From assembly GCA_963702845.1 (NCBI GenBank), contig OY969763.1, positions 4,928,001-4,992,000 on the forward strand: a stretch of 64,000 nt of DNA, given 5' to 3'. The first letter of the stretch is position 1. Each line of letters starts with the position of its first letter. Below are positions 57,013 through 64,000 of this stretch, piece by piece. Under the pieces are notes generated by a model, which worked only from the letters and a program-made list of their open reading frames with translations, was not told the origin of the DNA and did not search any database. Origin of the DNA: an uncultured Verrucomicrobiae bacterium. Its GTDB lineage: Bacteria; Verrucomicrobiota; Verrucomicrobiia; Limisphaerales; Palsa-1400. The position numbers and the translations under genes are program-made.

Positions 57013-57755
57013 CGCGTAATCATTGTCTTAAGGTGAATCTGGGATGTTGTGCGATTTTAGGCTGGCTCCTGGTGGCAAGCTTCGTCTTCGCGCAAGAACG
57101 TCCGGTCATTGCCGCACCGCGAGACGATCTTTTCCAAGCTGAAAAATCTGTGTCCGCAAAAATGGACTACCTCTTGTTCCTCCCGCAGGGTTACGAAAAG
57201 TCCGAACGAAAATGGCCTGTGCTGCTGTATCTTCACGGCGCGGGTGAATGTGGGACGAACCTGAATATCCTGAAACGCAACGGGCCGACCAAGTACGTCC
57301 TGACGCATCCTGAGTTCCCACTCATTCTGGTGTCTCCGCAAACGAAGGGAGGTTGGGATGATCGTGCGGTGATACGGCTTTTGGATGAGGTCGCCAGCCG
57401 GTATCGAGTGGAAAGGAATCAGATTTATCTGACCGGCGTGAGTATGGGCGGAGGGGCAGTTTGGAATATCGCGGCCAAGCATCCGGAGAGATTCGCGGCG
57501 GTGGTTCCCGTTTCCGGAGTCGGCGACGTGGCGATGGCCAGTAAGTTGGCGACTTTACCGGTTTGGGTTTTCCATGGCGCGCGCGACACAATCATCTCAG
57601 TGGAGTGGTCGCGGAAAATGGTCGCAGCGCTCAAGGCTGCGGGTGGATCCGTTAAGTACACGGAGTTTCCCAAATCCAAACACAATGTCTGGTCAAAAAC
57701 TTACGACAATCCGGAGCTGTATACGTGGTTGTTGGAACAGAGACGGCGCTCCTAG
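57009..57755 (+). CDS. Secreted alpha/beta hydrolase (predicted peptidase/esterase)
   Basis: LLYLHGAGE, YLTGVSMGG (nucleophile), WVFHGARD, HNVW. Confidence 0.88.
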   Translation: MTRNHCLKVNLGCCAILGWLLVASFVFAQERPVIAAPRDDLFQAEKSVSAKMDYLLFLPQGYEKSERKWPVLLYLHGAGECGTNLNILKRNGPTKYVLTHPEFPLILVSPQTKGGWDDRAVIRLLDEVASRYRVERNQIYLTGVSMGGGAVWNIAAKHPERFAAVVPVSGVGDVAMASKLATLPVWVFHGARDTIISVEWSRKMVAALKAAGGSVKYTEFPKSKHNVWSKTYDNPELYTWLLEQRRRS

Positions 57756-57804
57756 TATTACTATTTGTTTGCGGGCGTTATCGATGCTACTATCTCCGCC
57801 GACC

Positions 57805-59235
57805 ATGTTAAATGATCCCGCTGAAATAAAGGCCGAGATTATCCGGCTGGCTAAAGAATTTTCACGCCTGACGCACGGGGCTAATCGGCCCGGTTACGAG
57901 GCCACGCCTGACAATGTGCGCAAACCGAAGTTTGTGCCCGGCCAAACCACCGTGCCCTACGCCGGACGGGTGTTTGATGAAAATGAAGTGGCGGCGGCGG
58001 TTTCGAGCACGCTGGATTTTTGGCTGACGCTTGGGAAAGAAGGCGAAGGGTTTGAGGCCGAACTGGCACAGTTTCTCGGCGTTAAAAACAGCATCGTTTG
58101 TAACTCCGGATCATCGGCGAATTTATTGGCGGTTTCGGCGTTGTCTTCGCAGAAGCTCGGGAACCGGCGCGTGAAGGTTGGTGATGAGGTCATTACGGTC
58201 GCGGCAGGTTTTCCGACGACGGTTGCGCCGATTGTGCAAAACGGGTTTGTGCCGGTGTTTATTGATAATGATCCGGTGACGCTGAATGCGCGCGTGGATC
58301 AACTTGAAGACGCTTATGTCGAAGGGAAAACGAAGGCGGTTATTTTTGCGCACACGCTCGGTAATCCGTTCAACCTCTCGGCCGTTCAGGAGTTCTGCAA
58401 GAAGCATAATCTGTGGCTGATTGAAGACAACTGCGACGCGCTTGGTTGCAAATACGACGATAAATTTACGGGCACGTTCGGCGATCTTTCCACGCAGTCG
58501 TTTTATCCTCCGCACCATCTGACGCTCGGCGAAGGCGGGGCGGTGAATATTGTTGAGAGCTTGAAGTTCAAATCGATCATCGAGAGCTTTCGTGATTGGG
58601 GTCGTGATTGCTGGTGCGCTTCTGGCAAGGACAATACTTGCGGCAAGCGGTTTGATTGGAAACTCGGTGAGTTGCCGAAGGGTTACGATCACAAGTTCAT
58701 TTATTCGCACTTTGGCTACAACTTGAAGCCGCTGGATATTCAAGCGGCGATTGGGCGCGTGCAGATTAATAAGCTGCCGCAGTTCATTCAGGCGCGCATC
58801 GACAACTGGGAATATCTGCGCAATGGCTTGCGCGATCTGGAAGAGTTTTTCGATTTCATGTTACCGACGCATGCGACGAGTTGGTCACCGAAGGGTTTTA
58901 CGTGGGACGACTCCGGGCACAAGACTGTGTGCTCGTGGTTTGGTTTTATGATTCGCGTGAAACCGACTGCGCCGTTCAGCAAGTTTGAATTTGCGCATCA
59001 CTTGGACGATCACAAAATCATGAACCGGATGTTGTTCGGTGGAAATCTGCTGCGGCAGCCGGTGTTCGTGCAGTTGAAAAAGGATCGTCCGGATGCGTTT
59101 CGCGTGGTGGGCGATTTGAAGGGCGCGGATACGATCATGACTGAGGCGCTCTTTATCGGGACTTATCCCGGTCTGACGCGCGAGATGTTGGATTACATCA
59201 TCGACGCGATTCACAAGTTTTGTCGGTCTAAATAA
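57805..59235 (+). CDS. rfbH: CDP-4-keto-6-deoxyglucose 3-dehydrase (E1, DegT/DnrJ family)
   Basis: NSGSSANL, EDNCDALG, SFYPPHH (His replacing the PLP Lys), RDWGRDCWC..NTC Fe-S ligands, GYDHKF. Confidence 0.93.
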   Translation: MLNDPAEIKAEIIRLAKEFSRLTHGANRPGYEATPDNVRKPKFVPGQTTVPYAGRVFDENEVAAAVSSTLDFWLTLGKEGEGFEAELAQFLGVKNSIVCNSGSSANLLAVSALSSQKLGNRRVKVGDEVITVAAGFPTTVAPIVQNGFVPVFIDNDPVTLNARVDQLEDAYVEGKTKAVIFAHTLGNPFNLSAVQEFCKKHNLWLIEDNCDALGCKYDDKFTGTFGDLSTQSFYPPHHLTLGEGGAVNIVESLKFKSIIESFRDWGRDCWCASGKDNTCGKRFDWKLGELPKGYDHKFIYSHFGYNLKPLDIQAAIGRVQINKLPQFIQARIDNWEYLRNGLRDLEEFFDFMLPTHATSWSPKGFTWDDSGHKTVCSWFGFMIRVKPTAPFSKFEFAHHLDDHKIMNRMLFGGNLLRQPVFVQLKKDRPDAFRVVGDLKGADTIMTEALFIGTYPGLTREMLDYIIDAIHKFCRSK

Positions 59236-59240
59236 GAAAA

Positions 59241-59258
59241 GCGCCAGAGGACTGGCGC
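59241..59258. repeat. REP-like hairpin between convergent rfbH and amidase genes
   Basis: gcgccag-agga-ctggcgc flanked by aaaa and agtccaa. Confidence 0.55.
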
Positions 59259-59311
59259 AGTCCAAAAGCTTCGCCGTAATCGACGTCTCAGAAGCGCTTG
59301 AGCGTCTTGGA

Positions 59312-60919
59312 TCAAATGTCCACCGTTGGACGAAACTGCGGTTCGAACCGCGCTTTCGTTGCTTGCTCGAAGGAATACGCAATCGCGAGCAAGACCGGTT
59401 CGCTGAATGCGCGGCCAAAAAACGAAATCCCAACAGGCAGTCCCATGTGCTGCGCTGCGGGGACGTTGATGTTCGGGTAACCGGCGATGGCCGCCGGACC
59501 GGAACTGCCGCCGGTGCCGCGATCGCCGTAGATGACGTCGATAGGATCGGCGGGGCCGCCGCTTGGGGCTGCGATGGCGTCGAGTTTGTGCTGGTTCATG
59601 ACGGCATCGATTCCTTCGTCACGTGTTGAGCGGCGGCATTTTTCCAGCGCCTCGCGATATGCCTGGTCAGTGAGCGGCCCGAGCGCTTGTGAGGCGAGAA
59701 AATCTTCCTGGCCGAAATATTGGAGCTCGCGGTTTTTGTTGCGGTCGTTGAACTCGATCAGCTCGGCGAGATTGCGAGGGTGGGATTTTGACCCGAGCCA
59801 TTCAAGGTATTCGTTCACACCGGCTTTGAATTCGTAATGGAGCACGACGCTTTCAGCGCCACCCCAATTCGTAAGTTTGTCTTTGAACGGCACGAGAACC
59901 GCGCCTTGTCGCTCCATCGCTTCGAGCGAGGTGCGAAGCAAGCTGTCGCCCATTGATGCACTTGTGAAAAATTGGCGGGCGACGCCGATACGTTTTCCGC
60001 GCAGTCCGTCGGGGTCGAGGAATTTTGTGTAATCAACGCCCGAGTTGATGCGGGAGTCCATCGTAACGCCATCCCGACGATCGAACCCCAGCAGCGTAGT
60101 GAGTAAAATTGCAGCATCGGTGACGGTGCGCGCCATCGGACCGGCGGTGTCTTGGGTGCGTGAAATTGGAATGATTCCGAAACGGCTGATGAGGCCGACG
60201 GTCGGTTTGATGCCGACGATGCCGCACATATTTGCCGGCGAAATAACGGAGCCGTTGGTTTCGGTTCCGATGGCCACGGCGCACAGGTTCGCTGCTACGG
60301 CCGCCGCTGAACCAGAACTTGACCCGGAAGGGTTGCGGTCGAGAACGTATGGATTCCTCGTTTGCCCGCCGCGTCCGCTCCAACCGCTAATCGAATGGTC
60401 ACCGCGAAAGTTGGCCCATTCGGTCATGTTTGTTTTACCAAGGATTACAGCGCCAGCATCGCGGAGGCGTTTGGCAACGAATGCGTCACCGGGGGCGACG
60501 GAGCCTTCCAAGGCGAGCGAGCCTGCTGTCGTGCTCATCCGGTCGTGGGTGGCGATATTGTCTTTGATCAGGACCGGGATGCCGTGCATGGGGCCGCGCG
60601 GTCCTTTTTCTTTGCGCTCTCGGTCGAGGCCGCGCGCGATGAGGAGTGCGTCTGGATTTAATTCCAGGACGGCGCGCAGCTTTGGTCCCCGACGGTCCAG
60701 ATCGTTGATCCGCTCGAGGTACTTTTTACAAATTGACACGGAAGATTCGTGACCGGAGACCATCGATTGCTGCATGTCGGCAATGGTCGCTTCGGCCAAA
60801 CGGAATCGTTTTGAGGTCCGGTTTTCGGCGCTTTTCGAAGACTTCGGCGCTTGGGTATAGCCGGTTAACACAGGGACCGTGGTGAGAGCGCTAATCTTCA
60901 GGAAATCGCGGCGGTTCAT
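59312..60919 (-). CDS. Amidase signature family enzyme, Tat-exported
   Basis: [41 protein letters not shown]. Confidence 0.93.
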   Translation of the reverse strand: MNRRDFLKISALTTVPVLTGYTQAPKSSKSAENRTSKRFRLAEATIADMQQSMVSGHESSVSICKKYLERINDLDRRGPKLRAVLELNPDALLIARGLDRERKEKGPRGPMHGIPVLIKDNIATHDRMSTTAGSLALEGSVAPGDAFVAKRLRDAGAVILGKTNMTEWANFRGDHSISGWSGRGGQTRNPYVLDRNPSGSSSGSAAAVAANLCAVAIGTETNGSVISPANMCGIVGIKPTVGLISRFGIIPISRTQDTAGPMARTVTDAAILLTTLLGFDRRDGVTMDSRINSGVDYTKFLDPDGLRGKRIGVARQFFTSASMGDSLLRTSLEAMERQGAVLVPFKDKLTNWGGAESVVLHYEFKAGVNEYLEWLGSKSHPRNLAELIEFNDRNKNRELQYFGQEDFLASQALGPLTDQAYREALEKCRRSTRDEGIDAVMNQHKLDAIAAPSGGPADPIDVIYGDRGTGGSSGPAAIAGYPNINVPAAQHMGLPVGISFFGRAFSEPVLLAIAYSFEQATKARFEPQFRPTVDI

Positions 60920-61042
60920 GGGTTTATCCAGACACGAACGTTAGTTTTTCTCAATGAAATAGCGAAAAAGCAGACAATCCCGCCTGCAGAATCAAAAAAC
61001 TTGCTAAATGGCGCTCCACTGTTAACTTTTACGGCTCGATTT

Positions 61043-61285
61043 ATGAAAGCGGATATTCATCCTAAATACATTGATGCGGAGATTCGTTGCGCTTGCGGGA
61101 ACGTGATTAAAACGCGTTCAACCAAGGCCACGACAATTCTCGGCATTTGCAACGTTTGCCATCCTTTCTACACTGGAACCCAGAAGTTCGTGGACACTGC
61201 CGGTCGCGTGGACAAGTTCCAACAGCGTATGGCCAAGACGCAGCAGGCCCAGGCCGCTGCCGCCAGCAAAAAGAAAAAGAAGTAG
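61043..61285 (+). CDS. rpmE: 50S ribosomal protein L31 (Zn-binding type)
   Basis: [36 protein letters not shown]. Confidence 0.97.
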   Translation: MKADIHPKYIDAEIRCACGNVIKTRSTKATTILGICNVCHPFYTGTQKFVDTAGRVDKFQQRMAKTQQAQAAAASKKKKK

Positions 61286-61297
61286 CGAGATTTACGT

Positions 61298-61348
61298 CAA
61301 CCGCCCGCAACACCCGCCAAAAACGGGGTGCGGGCGGTTGTGTTTTTG
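61298..61348 (+). terminator. Rho-independent terminator after rpmE
   Basis: caaccgcccgca...tgcgggcggttg stem followed by tgttttt. Confidence 0.75.
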
Positions 61349-61366
61349 TAGCCGATTGGCGGGAAC

Positions 61367-61434
61367 TTCAAATCTCAAACTCCAATTTGGGATTTGGCTT
61401 TCGGAGCTTCCTAGGAACTTGGAGATTGGAGCTT
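61367..61434. repeat. Facing heptamer arrays upstream of prfA
   Basis: ttcaaat/ctcaaac/tccaatt ... ttggaga/ttggagc. Confidence 0.6.
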
Positions 61435-61441
61435 TTGAAAA

Positions 61442-62521
61442 ATGGACTTACGCCCTTACATCGAAAATTTTCGCATACGCTTCGACGAATTAGAAACGGC
61501 CGTCGCAGACCCGAAGCTTTTTGACAATCCGCAGAAGGCGCAGGAGACGACGCGCGAGTATTCGCGGTTGAAAGACCTCGTTGCGGCGTGCGACCGTTAC
61601 ACCAAGGTCACCGCCGACATTGCATCGCATCGCGCGATGTTGAAGACCGAGCCCGAAGGTAGCGAGCTTGCGCAAATGGCGCGTGAGGAAATCACGGCGC
61701 TCGAAGCCGAGGAAAGTAAATTGACGAAAGCAGTGTTGGTCGGCCTCGTGCCGCCTGATCCGGCTGATTCGCGCAATACGATTATCGAAATTCGCGCGGG
61801 AGCGGGTGGATCTGAGTCGGCGCTTTTCTCCGCTGACCTTTACCGCATGTATACCCGCTACGCCGAAGCCCATGGGTGGAAAATCGAAACGATGGACAGC
61901 AGCCCGTCAGACCTCGGCGGTTTTCGAGAAATCATTTTTGGCGTCACAGGCACCGATGTTTACAAGCGTTTAAAATACGAGAGCGGGGTTCATCGCGTGC
62001 AACGCGTTCCCGCAACGGAAGCGCAAGGACGCATTCACACCAGTACGTGCACGGTCGCGGTGTTGCCGGAAGCGCAGGAAGTGGACGTCGAAATTAAACC
62101 CGACGACTTGGATATCACCTGCTGCCGCGCGTCCGGTCCTGGTGGCCAAGGGGTCAACACAACCGACTCCGCTGTGCAAATTATCCACAGGCCGACGGGC
62201 GTTACGGTGCGTTGCGCGGATGAACGTTCTCAGCAAAAAAACAGGTTGAAGGCCATGCGGGTGTTGCGTTCGCGCATCCTGGAAGCGCGCGTCGCAGAGG
62301 AACATGCGAAGTATGCGGCGCAACGCAAAGCGCAGGTCGGCACTGGCGAACGCAATGAACGCATTCGCACTTACAATTTTCCGCAGAACCGTGTGACCGA
62401 TCATCGCATCGAAGTGACGCTGTATAATCTTCCGACGTTCATCGAGGGAGAGATCGATGACATGATCGATCCGCTGATGGCACAGGACACGGAAGAAAAA
62501 CTGGCAGCGTTGAAGGTGTAA
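61442..62521 (+). CDS. prfA: Peptide chain release factor 1
   Basis: EIRAGAGG, ESGVHRVQRVPATE (PAT motif), GGQ, RIRTYNFPQNRVTDHR. Confidence 0.98.
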   Translation: MDLRPYIENFRIRFDELETAVADPKLFDNPQKAQETTREYSRLKDLVAACDRYTKVTADIASHRAMLKTEPEGSELAQMAREEITALEAEESKLTKAVLVGLVPPDPADSRNTIIEIRAGAGGSESALFSADLYRMYTRYAEAHGWKIETMDSSPSDLGGFREIIFGVTGTDVYKRLKYESGVHRVQRVPATEAQGRIHTSTCTVAVLPEAQEVDVEIKPDDLDITCCRASGPGGQGVNTTDSAVQIIHRPTGVTVRCADERSQQKNRLKAMRVLRSRILEARVAEEHAKYAAQRKAQVGTGERNERIRTYNFPQNRVTDHRIEVTLYNLPTFIEGEIDDMIDPLMAQDTEEKLAALKV

Positions 62522-62594
62522 GGTAGAGCGTGTCGCTCCGCGACCGCCTTTCTTCAATTTTTGCGGCGCTAAACGGCATGCGCCCTACCCTGCT
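62522..62594. repeat. GTAG-type REP pair (one full, one partial inverted copy)
   Basis: ggtagagcgtgtcgctccgcgaccgcc ... cggcatgcgccctaccctgct; shares cgccctaccctgct with 2637-2650. Confidence 0.7.
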
Positions 62595-62663
62595 ACAAGC
62601 CTGCTTGCCTCTTCGCGCTGATTTGGCAACTATCAGCGCAGCCGATCCAATGGAGCAGCGCCA

Positions 62664-64000
62664 ATGACTTTTCTTCCCATCGTCGCGCGTGAACTGCGCG
62701 TGGCCTCGCGACGCCGTGGAGCGTGGCTGACACGCGTCAGTGCGGCGTTCATTGGAATTGCGATCGGCACCTTTTTGCTTCTTGTCGAAGCGGGCGAGCA
62801 ACCGACACGACTCGGCAAGGAACTGTTCACTACCGTTGCCTCTTTTCTATTTATCTACACCACGATCGCCGGCGCGCTGGTGACTTGTGATTGCCTGGCG
62901 GAAGAGAAACGCGAAGGGACGATGGGGCTTTTGTTTTTAACCGACTTGAAAGGCTATGACGTGGTGTTTGGAAAACTCGCGGCGACTTCGCTGAACACGA
63001 TTTACGGAATGTTGGCGGTGGTGCCGCTGATGGCGATTCCAATTTTGCTCGGCGGCGTGGCTAGCGCGGAATTCTGGCGAGTCGTGATCGTCGCAACGAA
63101 CCTGCTGCTGTTCTCGCTCTCGGTCGGCATCGTCGCCTCGTCGGTTTCCCGCAGCGAACATCGCGCGATGTTCCTGTCGTTTGTAATTCTCGGAACAATG
63201 ATCATCGGCCCATGGCTCGCGTCTATGTATAGCTGGCGTCGGTCTGGCCAGTCGGCCGATTGGCTGGCCTTGCTCAGCCCGGCTGTAGGATGTTTCACCG
63301 CTTTCGATGATTCGATGCGAAGCCCGCAAGTACGAATGGCGTTTTGGACGAACGTCACATGCACCCAAATTTATTTTTGGTTCTTCATCCTGATCGCCTG
63401 TCGCGTCGTGCCGCGTTCATGGCAGGAAGCTGGCCCGCGCTTTCGATCACATGGAATTTTTGGAATGTTCCGCGAGATGCTCGAGGGCGCGGCCGAAGTC
63501 CGCGCTGCTCGCCGCTCAAGGATGCTCGAAATTAATCCTTACTTTTGGCGCGCAGCCCGAAAACGTAGCAAAGATTTACTGGTATGGGTATTGGTCATCG
63601 GCGCGGCCCTCTTCTGGCTTTTGACAAGCCCGACTGGCGGCGATACGTATTTCGATGTCGGTCGCGATATTTTTGTTGTTGTGCTGGTGAACGCCGCCCT
63701 CAAATGGTGGGTCACGGCTGAAGCGTGCAGACATTTGTCTGATGATCGGCGAAGCGGCGGCCTCGAATTGCTGCTATCTACGCCATTGAGCGAGCACGAA
63801 ATCATCCGTGGCCAACGTCGCGCGCTGATGCACCAGTTCGGCGGCCCCGTCGCTGTCGTATTGATAGTTGATTTTATTTTTCTGCTGATGACGTTGAAGC
63901 ACGGCACGCCTGACGAGCGTTCCGGTTGGGTGATGGTTTACCTGATTTTTGGCGGGTTTCTTGCGTTCGACCTGATCGCGCTGAGCACGGTTGGAATGTG
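62664..64000 (+). CDS. ABC-2 type transporter permease, 3'-truncated by window end
   Basis: Own translation: MTFLPIVARELRVASRR..LAEEKREGTMGLLFLTDL..GKL; second repeat DDRRSGGLELLLSTPL; absent from the ORF track, consistent with no stop inside the window. Confidence 0.85.
   Translation, partial: MTFLPIVARELRVASRRRGAWLTRVSAAFIGIAIGTFLLLVEAGEQPTRLGKELFTTVASFLFIYTTIAGALVTCDCLAEEKREGTMGLLFLTDLKGYDVVFGKLAATSLNTIYGMLAVVPLMAIPILLGGVASAEFWRVVIVATNLLLFSLSVGIVASSVSRSEHRAMFLSFVILGTMIIGPWLASMYSWRRSGQSADWLALLSPAVGCFTAFDDSMRSPQVRMAFWTNVTCTQIYFWFFILIACRVVPRSWQEAGPRFRSHGIFGMFREMLEGAAEVRAARRSRMLEINPYFWRAARKRSKDLLVWVLVIGAALFWLLTSPTGGDTYFDVGRDIFVVVLVNAALKWWVTAEACRHLSDDRRSGGLELLLSTPLSEHEIIRGQRRALMHQFGGPVAVVLIVDFIFLLMTLKHGTPDERSGWVMVYLIFGGFLAFDLIALSTVGM

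Overview
Mostly core chromosome of a moderately GC-rich bacterium, most likely Verrucomicrobiota (Pedosphaera/Limisphaerales-like; inferred from gene style: multi-Ig surface protein, PmoA-like/DUF6807 protein, TopoIII with C-terminal repeats, 'MTFLPIVARELR' permease). Housekeeping genes: tal, HU, nadD, cstA, topB, an iscS-like gene, tolQRAB-pal, class I aldolase, a half-length carB, recA, rfbH, rpmE, prfA. Also present are a NarL-type two-component pair, a vWA/BatA - ABC binding protein - permease::NHL - vWA operon and three large secreted repeat proteins. No rRNA, tRNA, CRISPR array, transposase or integrase was seen. The most unusual signals are non-coding. (1) At three loci (~955-1425, ~32011-32225, ~50926-51349) there are modules of 4-5 tandem units with an exact 10-bp period next to A/T tracts; each module has a different unit sequence but the same layout. 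(2) An integrase-less integron-like cassette array (attI-like core, one good and one decayed attC) points away from recA. (3) Many heptamer/octamer repeats and REP-like hairpins, one of them translated. Protein-level oddities are a CstA::YbdD-like fusion, the N-terminal-half-only CarB and the ABC permease::NHL fusion. Clustered frameshifts (14.3-15.9 kb and ~3161) probably reflect assembly indels. All product calls come from motif recognition by eye, not database searches.
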